Shown: piece by piece, positions 18,703 to 40,239 of the stretch | How the letters are laid out: each line of letters starts with the position of its first letter | Position numbering within the stretch: position 1 is the first letter of the stretch | Source of the DNA: Flaccisagitta enflata | Lineage: Eukaryota | Reading direction: 5' to 3' | Assembly: GCA_965153355.1 (NCBI GenBank) | Contig: OZ231126.1 | Location: 18,538,001 to 18,602,000 of the forward strand | Length of the DNA: 64,000 nt | Notes under the pieces: generated by a model | What the model was told of the DNA's origin: nothing | The model's input: the letters and a program-made list of their open reading frames with translations, nothing else | Database searches by the model: none | Program-made: the position numbers and the translations under genes

Positions 18703-20199
18703 TATGTGTGTGTGTTACTCATTCTCTTTATTCTTTCAACACGTTGATGAGCCTGAAGGAGTTTGCAATGACGCGCGAGATGTGACGGTTGATTTCATAC
18801 TTTCTTAAAACTTAAATCATCGATCTTGCGACGTTGACAGGTTGTTTTTTCAGTTTTAGATGCGGACACGCAACTCTTTGAGAGGTTTTGTTAGTGCGTC
18901 GGTTTGTCGGTCCGTTGGTCCATGGACACGAGTCAAAAAGTGGGAAAACGAGTGTTTTAGACGCTGATCGTGTATGCATCTGTGGGGGGGGGGGATAAGT
19001 GGAGAGTGGACGTCCCGGCCCTGCCCACCCGATATTGTGACCCCGCGTCATTTGTTTTTCTGAGAGAGGGAGGGGGTGCTGTGGGAAGGATTGAGGGGGA
19101 AAGGCATTTCAGCGAGATGGTCCCGGGTTTCCGTGGGCATTCGAACGACCAACGATGGGTCTGTTGTCTATTCAACTCAGTTCCTTCATCACTCGCTTGT
19201 GACTTGCCTCGTGTTTCCCGGCAGATGCCGTGCATTTAACCTTCTCACTTGCGCCAATGCCAGTCTTCAAAAAGGTTCTGTTGATCTGTCGGTCGGTCGA
19301 TTGGCGATCTAATTCTCAGCACACCTGTTGGTCTACTTGGCCTTGTTCCTTTTCTCTCGCTCTTCTCTTTCATTCTCTTTCCCTCAATGCCTTTCTTTCT
19401 TTCTCTGTCTCTTGCTCCTCCACTTTTTTGCCTCATCCTCGCGCTTCCTCTTCTTCCTCCTCCTCTCTCAAGCGCAATCGTCCCTTCAAAGCCTCGCCAA
19501 TCAGTCCCGGTCATCTTTTTGTCCCGTCCATAACTGCCTTCGGATTTATCTTATTGATAAAAAGGTAATATACACGTTTCTTAAAAGAAAAGGTCCGTTT
19601 TTATCTATCTGGATAGTCCATTACGGTCCGTCCGTTCGACGATCCGTCACAATTGGTGTTTTTGCATCTCCGCTCCTGCCAGAATGCTTGACTTATCCCC
19701 TCAACTTCTATGTTGTTGAGTATCCGGCCTTGTTTCTCAGTCCTTTTTTTGAGGCCTTTACTGGTAACATAACTACAACGCTCCTATTTTTGGAGCGTAT
19801 TGAAGCCTTGATATTCTAGTAAACTAGATTCTTGTATAAAACAAGGTCATTAGACCTAAGTCGCGTGCGTCGGCACTTTCAAAAAAGTCAGGCAGACAGA
19901 CACACAAACATTTTTTTTTCAAAAGACATTTGAAATGGCTGTTTACTCCACAAAGTTCCTTCTCTACCTCTCAGACACATGAAAATGTTTTAAAAAGCCT
20001 TCAAAACAGTTTTGTGACCGACGGACCGACGGACCGACCGAAAAGTGGCTTATAGAGTCGCGTAGCACCCGACTAAAAAAGGGTACACATTATGTCCAGC
20101 ATTTCGGACATGATCATCGGAGACATCACGTTCACCACGTCCACATCCGGGTTAGGTGCTTCACATATCAAAAGTTGTGAATTTCTTTTCACTCTTTTT

Positions 20200-20414
20200 A
20201 GTCGCGTGCTACGCGACTCTACACCCCGCTTTGTCGGTCCGTCCGTCGGTCGGTCCGTCCGTCCGTCGGTCGGTCCGTCCGTCCGTCACACTTTACTTTT
20301 TTTGGGTTTTTGGGATTTTTGGCTTCACTGCTCCTGCCCAAATGATCTGGTGACCTCAATTATGGCCCCTGCCCACCCGCACACGACTAGGGTAGCCGTG
20401 TATCCGGCCTTGTT
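20200..20414 (+). mobile_element. HINE/DINE-1-like element (representative of 20 or more related copies in the window)
   Basis: T-run|AGTCGCGTGCTACGCGACT hairpin, (GTCC/GGTC)n tract, CCCTGCCCACCCGCACACGACT subterminal repeat, GCCGTGTATCCGGC hairpin, TTGTT end. Related copies (approximate): 6771..6981-, 18856..19055+, 19841..20075-, 23711..23921+, 24842..25029-, 25993..26510-, 34125..34386+, 35090..35232-, 46150..46363+, 46751..46948-, 50074..50233-, 54609..55327+, 55818..55967+, 59201..59360+, 63627..63992-. Confidence 0.75.
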
Positions 20415-20520
20415 ACTTAATATAGATAAGCTGATATTAAGATTTGTGTTTTTTTTATCAAAATTTGTTCATCTTCTACTTTTTAGCAAATTTTTTGTAG
20501 GACCGTAGGATAGATAATTA

Positions 20521-21016
20521 CAGTCAGTCCCAATTCCACATTCATCCATATGACCATATCTCATCATATTACGAGATAACGCAACTTGGTTTATCTGGGC
20601 ATATTTCGATATATCGAAATATGACTCTCATCTTTCCCTTTTAGTTCGGTCACTCAAAGGAAGAACTTCTGCGATTATCAAGCTCCGATCTTATTTACTT
20701 GGCTTTTTATACCCAACACTTAAACAATCAGTCAGATTAAAAAGAAAGAAGGATGAACAAAATCTAATAATGTAATTGAATGGGGCAACATTCATAAATC
20801 AATTTCTTCCAAAGGTTAGGTGTCAAAATCATTGAAGACCGTAAACAGGACAAACAGCTACATGGAATTGATCTCGCAAAAGACACAACTGAAAAAATGA
20901 AACCTTTGTAAGACATATTTCGATATATCGAAATATGCCCAGATGGAAAAAGTTATGGTTTGCCGAAACATGTTGATGTACGAGCATATGGATGAATGCG
21001 GAATTGGGACTGACTG
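20521..21016. mobile_element. TIR MITE
   Basis: TA|CAGTCAGTCCCAATTCCACATTCATCCATATG mirrored by CATATGGATGAATGCGGAATTGGGACTGACTG; internal palindromes ATATTTCGATATATCGAAATAT in both arms. Confidence 0.75.
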
Positions 21017-21344
21017 AATTATGTCAGTATTTTTTAAAATAGAACTTCTACACGCTTTTGACTGAGTAACAATGGGTTATTTTTTTCTGAGGCTCAATGT
21101 TGTTTCACTTTTTTTTATATAAGCACGCACTTCTTTTGGCTGAGGCTGAGTGGGCTTGGCAAAATCTCATTTTTGAGGCTAATATGTGCTTAAATATGTG
21201 CTTATTATTCTTCAGTAAGTAATTATCCTATTTAACAAAAATAAAGTATACAGTATCGTATAGAAAACAGTATAGTATCAAATAGAGTATTGTACAGTAT
21301 AGAATAAAGTATAGTTTGAAATACTGTGACAAATGTATTTCATA

Positions 21345-21906
21345 CAGTAGACCTCGTCTAGACTTGAGATAACGGGGCAGGCATTGTAAAAACAGAAATG
21401 AAGCTAGGGGAGTGATATTTGAAATTTAGATTAATAAAGGGATGCTTTATTGCCCATGATAGCTGGATGCCATGGAAACAAATTTCAATGTATTTTCGTT
21501 AAAATATCAATATTTTGAGACATTTTTTGAGAGAACATTTTTTAGAATTAAATTTGCTACAACTTTCCCACAGTATGTTCTATAAGAATGTCGCTTGTTT
21601 AGCAGTTGCTAGGGGTTGTCACACACGGATACGCTCCTTAGCAACAGCCAAACGAGTGACATTCTTAAAGAACATATTGTGGGAAAGTTGTAGCAAATTT
21701 GATTTTGAGCAATGTTCCCTAAAAAAATCTCTCAAAATATTTATATTTAAGTGAGAATACATGGAAATGTGTTTCCATGACAACCAGCTATCATGGTGAA
21801 TTAAGCATCCTTTAATTAATCTATGAACCAAATTTTGCTCCCCTGCCTTTATTTGTCTTTCCACAATGCTTGCCCCCGTTATCTCAACTCTAGACGAGAT
21901 CTACTG
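21345..21906. mobile_element. Fold-back MITE with pogo/Tigger-like termini
   Basis: TA|CAGTAGACCTCGTCTAGACTTGAGATAACGGGG...CCCCGTTATCTCAACTCTAGACGAGATCTACTG|TA; the whole element is near-palindromic. Confidence 0.8.
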
Positions 21907-22046
21907 TATAAAGAATATACAGTATCTTTCCCTGACATAGGAATCAAAGTTCAGACTTAGTATTTTGATTTAACATAAACCGTTTTTAGATTTTAAGTGT
22001 AATTTAATATCATGATGTATCATTTCTTTTTGAAGCTCCTTTGCAT

Positions 22047-22844
22047 TATGATAGGTGGAACAACATCCCTCACTATACCCAAACTAAAATAAATGGAAGA
22101 GGGCCTTGTGAGCCCTCACTGACTAGTTACTACGCGCATCACTCCTAGTTTTCCATAAAACAGAATTTGAAAAACATTCCCTCTCACTCTAACCCAAAAG
22201 AAAACTCCTCACCAAAATAGTTAAGGGCTAATCTCTGCTACCTTTGTTACCAAAATTCAACAAATCACCCGAGGGTTACATTGTTAAGAAACCATACCCT
22301 TAGAGGATAGAATCGAGGTCAAGCTTACTGCGACCGCCGGACATTCCAATCCAAGGTACTGAGTAGTATGATAGGTGGAACAACATCCCTCACTATACCC
22401 AAACTAAAATAAATGGAAGAGGGCCTTGTGAGCCCTCACTGACTAGTTACTACGCGCATCACTCCTAGTTTTCCATAAAACAGAATTTGAAAAACATTCC
22501 CTCTCACTCTAACCCAAAAGAAAACTCCTCACCAAAATAGTTAAGGGCTAATGTCTGCTACCTTTGTTACCAAAATTCAACAAATCACCCGAGGGTAACA
22601 TTGTTAAGAAACCATACCCTTAGAGGATAGAATCGAGGTCAAGCTTACTGCGACCGCCGGACATTCCAATCCAAGGTACTGAGTAGTATGATAGGTGGAA
22701 CAACATCCCTCACTATACCCAAACTAAAATAAATGGAAGAGGGCCTTGTGAGCCCTCACTGACTAGTTACTACGCGCATCACTCCTAGTTTTCCATAAAA
22801 CAGAATTTGAAAAACATTCCCTCTCACTCTAACCCAAAAGAAAA
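22047..22844. repeat. Tandem repeat, 320-bp unit, about 2.5 near-identical copies
   Basis: TATGATAGGTGGAACAACATCCC starts at 22047, 22367 and 22687; I see only two substitutions between the two full units. Confidence 0.92.
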
Positions 22845-24587
22845 TTCTTATTTTCAATAGTATCTAAGCATTATTATTCTTAAAAAGCATTAGAAAATCA
22901 ATTATTTCTATCAGTACTAAAATCCTAAATATATAAAAGAAACTTAACCCCTTGAAATGATGGTGCTCTTTCCTAGAAATAGTTGGACGAAACTGTTGGC
23001 ATCTTTGTAGTAGACTTGTAGCTTATCTATGATGATTGACTGCTAGCTTGCATTGTCGCATTTTATGTTGACGAAAATAGAACAATAATAATGTAGGCTA
23101 GTAGGACGAAAATGTACGAAATGGCCATATATGGCATATGATGTATGGATCGGCTCGTAGATACATCAACATTATTAAAAAAATTCATTTTTGGCCTTTT
23201 TTACTAATTCCAGAAAAATACAATCACTAAAACCAACAAACGTTGTTCAGTCATTTCCTGGCACTTTTTTCTTGATGATAAAATAAGTGAAATGTGATGT
23301 TGAAACGGCTCATACTGCCGATTTTTTTTTTATAAAATCTCTCAGATTAACAAACTTAACAACTTTCCTTCACATAGCAACAATCAGAACGCTCAAAAGC
23401 TTTTCTATTGAGTTTCTTACATCTACATCCGCCCTAGATTGCAATAAAGAATTTTCTATGCTGAGAAATGAGCATTAACTTTGAAAGAGCACTCCTCACA
23501 AACAAGTTGAGCTAAAAAACCCTGATTGGTCGCATTTTTAAGAGTTTAAACAACTCTTTAAGTTGAGACCAATTTGGGGTATCTAGCTTTATCTTTAAAG
23601 TTATATACTCAGGGCTTAATTTAATGATACTGTCGAGCGTGCAAGCCGCTACTTGCAATTTCTGCATGCCTGACAGAGAATGAGTGTACCCGGTTTTCAA
23701 CCTCATTTTTAGTCACGTGCTACGCAACTCTACACCCCGCTTTGTTGGTCCGTTGGTCCATCTGTCCGTCCGTCGGGCCTTCCGTCCATTCGTCACGCTT
23801 TACTTTTTTCGCCTTTATGGGGGTTTTGGCCTCATTGCTCCTGCCCAAATGTTCCACTGACCTCAATTATGGCCCCTGCCCACCCGCACGTGACTGGGGT
23901 AGCCGTGTATCCGGCCTTGTTCTATTCACACTTGATTCTATTATACAATGATACCAGTCATGGCCGCTTTTGCCGTGAGGAAAAAACGTAAGCATTCACC
24001 ACTCTCCACCGTCTTCGGTTATCGCTATTCTTCATAATGTGAGATTAAATCATGAGCAATTGTATGTATTGATCACGCTGAAAATAAGAGAAAAATAAGA
24101 CTGAGCTAAATGAGCTTGATGACCTAAAGTACTCAAAACTACTCTTACAGAAGACCAGCTATGCTCACTGACATGCTTCCTGGTATTTGCTTGCTTAAAC
24201 ATGTATCAAAACATTTATTCATTTATCACATTTAAAATCCAAAAAGAAAGACTAGCTGAATGAGCTAAATGAGCTAAAACTCTCAAAAACACCCTCAAAG
24301 ATAAGCTACACTCACAAACATGTTGTCTCGTATTCGCATGCTCAAACAAACATGAATATACTCTTTTATTAATCTTAATTCAAATCATAAAAAATGAAAA
24401 AAAATTATTTAGAATATTTGTGAGAAAAGACTGAAAAAATCATCGCTAAAAATATTTGTTGTAGACTCGTAGAGCATTCTGCTTGGCGCCAAATGAAAGA
24501 GAATTATCAAATTTACTTACCCTATCAATTTCGTTCGAAGCCTCATTCAGTCGATTGAAAGCCACAACTTACCAATAAAATGGAATA

Positions 24588-24764
24588 CAGTTGAACCCCA
24601 CTCTAACGGACCCGCTTCTAACGGATTTCCGCCTATAACAGACATTAATTTTTAGTCCTTTCAACAATTGGTTTTCTTTTATTTCTTATATTGGCTATAA
24701 CAGAATTCTGCTCATGATTAAAATTTGTTAGTCCCCTGAAATCCGTTAGAGCGGGGTTCAACTG
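24588..24764. mobile_element. pogo/Tigger-like MITE
   Basis: TA|CAGTTGAACCCCACTCTAACGGA...TCCGTTAGAGCGGGGTTCAACTG|TA. Confidence 0.8.
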
Positions 24765-26053
24765 TATGTCAAAAAGTCAAACTGACAACTTTTTCCAAAC
24801 AAGCATACAGAATACAAGTGTGAACTTCGGCCACTATACAAAACAAGGCTGGATACACAGCTACCCCAGTCGCGTGCGGGTGCGCAGGGGCAGATCATTT
24901 GGGCAAGAGCAGTAAGGCCAAAAACCGCAAAAACCCAAAAAAAGTAAAGTGCGACGGACGGACGGACGGACGGACAGACAGACAGACGGACCGTCAAAGC
25001 GGGTTGTGGAGTCGCGTAGCACGCGACTAAAAATAATAAAACTAACAAATGTCAACCGCCTCATCAAAAGACATGTTGTAATTCGTTTGCGTCAGTTATG
25101 TGCGTTTCGTTTACTCACATTTACTCAAGAAAACATTGCACGGTTTATTTTACAGCGTTTTTCAGCGTCATAGGAAAAAGAATCTGAAACCAGATTTGGA
25201 TTCCCCAGACAATGTTTTAGAATGCCGTCCTGACGCCTTCGATTTACCATGCGATTTGGAGGCACAAACAGTGATTTTCCGACTACTTCTCCTTGTTCTT
25301 TATTTTACATCAAATTTCACAGGCAAAAAAACATGATACTTGTCATTTGGATCAAAGATCTAGTAGATTAAGAGGAAAATTTTGTATTTGAGATGAATTT
25401 CGAGCCGTAACTATGCTGTGTATCGCGGTTTGCAAATTCTGACACTCTTTTTTTGCACCTAAATCTCCTTGACTTCCCACTCGCTTCTTGCCTAAATAAT
25501 GATAATAAAAGATTCAGCTTCATTATAGCAAATAATACATTTTCTTTACACTGAACTTTGAGATTCAAAACAGATTAAAATCATTCTAAATTTGAGTTGA
25601 TTTAAGTTAATTTAAGTTTTATTAAAGTTTTACTGGTTTTTTTGAAATCCCCATAAAGAATGTCTAAAAATTGGTATATATTCAGATATTCACTCAAATT
25701 TTTTTAAAAATAAGAAATCTCAGCATGGAGCGTGATTAGTATGGGGCTAAAATTTTCCCAATATCTGAGGCTGGGCGTGCTTATAAACAAGGTGCTTATA
25801 TAAAAAATAAAAGTTTATTTGAAAGACCATATAAGGCTTAAACCATTTCTAAACTGTTGGTATTTTTTTCTTGTCAATCCTCTAAAGTAAAGAGTGATTA
25901 CGATGTATGTACTATCATTTCTTTCAATGGTTTCTGTGGAATAAAAGGGATCTAGGGAAGGATTGAAAAAAATTACAACCAAAATACAAAACAACAAGGC
26001 CGGATACACAGCTACCGAAGTCGCGTGCGGGTGGGCAGGGGCCATATTTGAGG

Positions 26054-26377
26054 CAGGCCTGTATATTCTTGAGTTTTCCCCCCCCCCGGTGGGAGGGGGA
26101 AAAAAATCAAAGGGTCTGGAGATGGGGAAGGAAATCTAAGGGGGAAAAAGAGAAAAAAAGGAAATTTGGGGAAAATATAACTTTTTACAGTACCAAATCA
26201 TAAAACTCAATTAGTAGAACACAATTTAACACTATTTAAACCTTAACTACATAGTTTTATTGCTATATGGGGAAGAAAATCATGGATATAAAAATGCGAC
26301 GCGACGCGTCGCGGGGAAGAAAATCAAAGGCAGGGGGGGGAAAAAAATCAAAAGCGACTCAAGAATATACACCCCTG
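26054..26377. mobile_element. hAT-like MITE inserted in a HINE
   Basis: 8-bp TSD ATTTGAGG on both sides; termini CAGGCCTGTATATTCTT...AAGAATATACACCCCTG. Confidence 0.82.
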
Positions 26378-27029
26378 ATTTGAGGTCACTAGACCATTTA
26401 GGCAGTAGCAGTGGGGGCAAAAAAATAAAATCATAAAAAAAAGTAAAACGTGACCGACTGACCGACCGACCGATGGACAAAGCGGGTTGTAGAGTCACGT
26501 GCACGCGACTAAAAAGCTAACTTTTCTATATAACTGCCCCATGTTACAATTGAATGAAATGGAGATAAGGAAAAAGTTGCTATTGGTTGGACATGAGGCT
26601 GAAATGTTATATTTTTTATTTTTTAGGCCTGACAATGTTGCTTGTAATGTTCTTTTTTTTCACAAATTGAGCCTCAATGTTGTTATAAAAAAGGTTACTA
26701 CTCAGTTAAAAGCATATACTTTTGTCTCTTTAAAGATTTGTCAATCTGTTTTAAAAGTTTGGGTTTTCATCTTCATTGTTCCAAAATTTCATGTTTTTTC
26801 TTCTTCAATGTTCTAAAATTTTAGTTTTTTCTTAGGAATACCATAATTTTGTAAAACAAAATAATTTCTGTGATTACTGAAAAAACTATAAGGGTAAACA
26901 AAAACGTAAAATAAAATTTTGATAAAACATTATGTCACATTATGTCATATTATGTCACATTATGTCACATTATGTCAATAGGAAGAGATACGCCCAACTT
27001 TTACTATGTGAAGCACCCAAATATCCAGG

Positions 27030-27455
27030 TTGGGTGTGTCAATATGCAAAAGATTGATTAGATCATCATCAACAGAAAGTGAAAAAACATATTCTTCGAA
27101 TATCATTCTTCCTCTTGCTTTTCCCATTGTAGTCATTTGTGCTGTCATATTGATTTTTGCAAAAGATTCAAGGATAAAAAATGTTAAATACTTTTCTATT
27201 TAGATATCAACTCCATTTACAACCATGAAACATTTATTTTTCATGTAAGAAGTAAAAAAACAATTAAAAGAATTTTTTGTCAAAAACTTAGCTTATTTTT
27301 GGCGGAGACCCTTTAAATACATATATTTTTTTTAATGATCTAAAGAACAGAAGATGAATAAATTTTAAAAAGATAATAAGCGTTTTATAATCAAACCATC
27401 TATGCTCTCTGATGATGATCTGATCAAAAGACCTTTTGCATATTGACTCACCCGA
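27030..27455. mobile_element. Mutator-like MITE (older copy of the 54638..55143 family)
   Basis: TIRs GGGTGTGTCAATATGCAAAAG / CTTTTGCATATTGACTCACCCGA; degenerate 9-bp flanks ATATCCAGG / ACATCTTGG. Confidence 0.65.
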
Positions 27456-27521
27456 ACATCTTGGTCTTAAAACGGAAGGAAGAAAAGACAGATCTAGAAA
27501 AAATCTGAGAAACTAATTGAT

Positions 27522-28887
27522 CACTATGGATCCTGAGAACCGCCAGGACGATTTTTGGATTACTGTAAGTTTCTCTTCATTTTGATACGGTCCTCATATG
27601 CAGGCATCAAGATCCAACTATTGAAAAATATTTCTTGGAGCCTTTTTTGAAGAAAATTCCAATATTGATAATTTTTCATCTTATTTCTCCAGCAAAATTT
27701 ACTGAGCAAGAAAAAAAATTTTTGACAGCATATTTGAATTCCTGATACTATTTCCTTTCATTTGATAGGTCGCACTAAATAATTTGATGAAAAAACAAAG
27801 TTTTCATTATTTTAACCATCATTACTTTCTTGAACGGGAGCTAAAAAAAAAATTATTTCTCTATAGAAATATTTAGTGCGATCTATCAGATGAAAGGAAA
27901 TAACATCAGGAATTCAAATATGCTGTCAAAAAATATTTCTTACCTGCTCAGTAAATTTTTATATGCAAAATGAGATTTAAAATTATTAATTTTGGCATTT
28001 TTTCAAAAAGGGCACTAAGAAATATATTTTAATACACCGTCTTTAAATCGAAATGGCAAGTAGTAAACCTTTGTAGCTCCAAAATTACTAGCCCAAAAGC
28101 CTTCAAATTTTCAATAAATGTTATAAACAACTGACCATTTTGTCATGCCAAAACTCAGATTTCATTACTGAATAGGTTAGGGGTCGTTAAAGCATTGAAA
28201 AGCTATCAATATGAAGAAAAAAAATGGTCACAGCCATACTTGGAAGAATCTTTTTTTTTTTAATACTGTTTTCCTGATATAGCAAGCTAGAACCCTGGGG
28301 TTGGTCTTAAATGAAGAGTTACAAATCATGAACAGAGGTTTTGTCTGAAAATTTCATTATTCTATTGTATTTATGAAGATTTGAATGATTTTCAAATGAA
28401 TGAGTCTGGATTTTCGCAATGATTGCCAAAACCAATGATAACCTTAATCGATATCCAACTTTTTTCAATTCTTAAGGTAAATGTGTAATCTCTGAAAAAT
28501 TTCCTATCATTTGAGACCAACCCCGGAGTTCTAGCTCAATTGTTTTGACATCTGTATATTGATAAAGACAAGTCTTCTCAAATGAAGCAAGAAAAAAAAT
28601 TCAGCCCTGAAAATTGGGCATATTTTGTTTGTTTTACTGACCCCAAACTATTCAGTATTAAAATCCGAGTTTGGACATGACAAAATGGTCACTTGTTACC
28701 AACATTCACTGAAAATTTGAAGGTTTTTAGGCGAGTAGTTTTGGAGCTACAAAGGTTTACTATTTGCCATTTCGATTTAAAGACGGTGTATTTGGATCTT
28801 GATTCATGCATATGAGGACTGTATCAAACCAAAGAGAAACTTGCAGTGATCTAAAAATCGTTCTGGCGGTTCTCAAGATCCACAGTG
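27522..28887. mobile_element. CAC...GTG TIR element with 4-bp TSD (Chapaev/CMC-like), carrying nested palindromes (about 27695..27960 and a TA-flanked fold-back 28035..28788)
   Basis: TGAT|CACTATGGATCCTGAGAACCGCCAG...CTGGCGGTTCTCAAGATCCACAGTG|TGAT; inner TA|CACCGTCTTTAAATCGAAATGGC...GCCATTTCGATTTAAAGACGGTG|TA. Confidence 0.7.
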
Positions 28888-29180
28888 TGATGTGCCAGAA
28901 TTACTCTTTTCGGTATAAATTCTGTATAATTTCAATCGCAAACAAAAAATTCGGTCTTGCCTATGAGTCGGCATGATTAAGCAAGGCGGACGTGATGAGT
29001 TTGGAAGCTCAGCTGAAATATACTTCACTTGAAATATACCCCTAAATCCGACCATGTCTTGATTTTAATTCTTAAGTATTACACAACAATCTTAAAGCAT
29101 TACACAACAATTTTCATTTGATTATTTCTTTTTGCTTAAGATTTTCTTCCGGGCGCTGAAATCCATCTTCAGCCACCAAA

Positions 29181-37940
<8,760 letters not shown>

Positions 37941-38562
37941 TTGTGTTCGGGAAGAAATCAGATGCAATAATCACCCACCTTCGGAATTATGAAGAATACG
38001 AAGAATTTTTCGATATTTATTCTATCTGGACCATTGTCTCAAACATTTTTTTTCATCAAGGCAAACACGTTGATATGCATGTGATAGAATTGCGCTGTAA
38101 TTTATATTGTATAGTTGTCGGATAGTAAACACGCGTATCTCCCTTATCATTTCACGAAATGAATAATATAGCTTCGGTATATATAAAAAAAAAAACTTTG
38201 TTTTTTATTTCAAAGCTCATAATATCAACATTATCGACAAAAAGTTGGAATCTCTGGTCACAAAAAAATGAAAAGAAGTTCTTACGGTTAAGCAGAGAAG
38301 GTATCGTAGAAGCAAATTATCACGTAGTGGGAATATTGAAATGGCGAATGGCAAAAAGTATCCGTGCAAGGTCATTACAAGGTACAACTCAAACCAGGGT
38401 GACTAAAAGGGATAGCAAGTGGAAGACTCATAGCTAGATGTTCAAAGCAAATACAGCAAAATATATTTACGTAAACATAACGGCTGGCTCTAAAAACATA
38501 TATATATTTCTACCCGTTACAATTCACAGGACAACTCAGTTAGAAAGACACTCGGTAGATCA

Positions 38563-38665
38563 TCACGTTTTGCCACGAATTGGCTTCTTTTTGGCTAGTC
38601 CCCTCGATCTGTCAGGACCAGATTTAGAGGCTGCTTCCATCGAGTGCGTCTCCGATTGCTGCCGT

Positions 38666-38701
<36 letters not shown>

Positions 38702-40152
38702 AATTCGTGACTGCCAACTTCTTCCGACGTCGACGACTTGAGTCTGTCTCGAGCGGAAGTGGTGCCGACGACGTCAGCATCGAGTTTACTGATGAGTTCC
38801 TCGCAGATAGCGTGCAGTTCGGCACCTTCGGCCCGCTTCTCCTCCAAAGTCGTGCTTAAGTTGGAAAATTTCAACTCCGCCATCTGATGGAGGAGAAACG
38901 AATCAAACAAACTTCAATTACACCGGTAAAGAAAAGCCAGTGGCTTGTAGACTCGGCCTCGGTACATTTTAGTCAACAACATCATTCATCAATCTAACAA
39001 ACGAGGTGGTTATGTGGCTCAAAATCATTGACATTCAGCTGGTTTTCATAAAAGATTTTGGTCCACCAGCCCTATCAAGCTAATGTGTTTTTGCATCTCT
39101 ACCACACCATTTCTGGAGAGAAGTAGCCTTTTTGCTCAAGTCAAAATTGTTCAACATGAATTGGAGCGAAAAAAAATATAGAAAAAAGAAGCCCAAACAG
39201 GAATAAAGTCGTGGACGGTTGGGCAGGGGCAGTAAAACACACCTACATACCTTTAAATGACCTAAAATGAATACAACGGTAATTACAAAGTGTTAGGGAC
39301 GGACGGACGGATAGGCCGATAAAGCCGGGTGTAGAGTCGCGTGTCCGCGACTAAATATGCATATTCGTAACCTTTAAGGAGGCATTGAGTCGTTCTTTTT
39401 CTGCCTTTGAAGTTTTTCTTTCGTTTTCGATCTCTTCTTGGGCCAAGGCGAGTTTTTTCTCCGCGTGGGTCTTGAGCAGCTTTTTGTTAGAAATCAAAAG
39501 AAACCGAAACTTTTAGTTGGAGAAAAGAAAAAGTCATTTAAAGATCAGAATTGATGCAAGAACAAAAATGAAATAAAAAAACCATTGTAGGAAAAGAACA
39601 TTTCAATTTGAGTATCTTAGTAGCTTGGTGGTTATGCTCAATTCCAGCCCCCCCCTTGGGTAGCAAAAAAAGAAAAAAAAGTTCGTTGATTTGTACAAAG
39701 GATTTAAATCTTAATCATAACGCTCGTTTTAGACTTATTATTTTTTATTTCTGTACCCAATATAAAGAGACCATGTCCACCGACTGTGGAGATATTGTGT
39801 ATTCATCCATTCATAAATTCATTCATTCATTTATGTATTAATTCATTTCTTCATACATGCTCAATTTGAAGTGACCATGTCATCACACTGTCGAGTTGTA
39901 AATTTGGATATTTGTGTATTTACCGCGTATTTTGACTTTTCTTTTTCCATGGCAACTTTGAAGTCATCGACGCATTTTTGTAAGACGGATTCGTTTCTCC
40001 TAAAACCGTCAACGAGTTCTTTAGACTTCTCGTATCGCAGATGAATTTCAGAGAAAGAATTTTCAATTTCGTCGAAATCACGCAAAGCAGCATCACGCTC
40101 AGCTTCTATCTGGAGGCGGAGATTACTGGGACGAGCGGCCTCTGAAAGGGGG

Positions 40153-40239
<87 letters not shown>

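Noticed and set aside
19330-19564. Non-coding first exon of tropomyosin paralogue 2 (donor AAAG|GTAATA at 19565)
   Set aside because: Pyrimidine-rich and analogous to the paralogue-1 leader, but 9.6 kb from the coding exon with no sequence homology; cannot be supported without transcripts.
22047-22844. CRISPR array or hammerhead retrozyme
   Set aside because: No repeat-spacer structure, eukaryotic context, and no hammerhead core found by eye.
27522-28887. Transib/RAG-like element suggested by the CACAGTG heptamer-like end
   Set aside because: TSD is 4 bp rather than 5 bp, and no nonamer or transposase ORF is visible.
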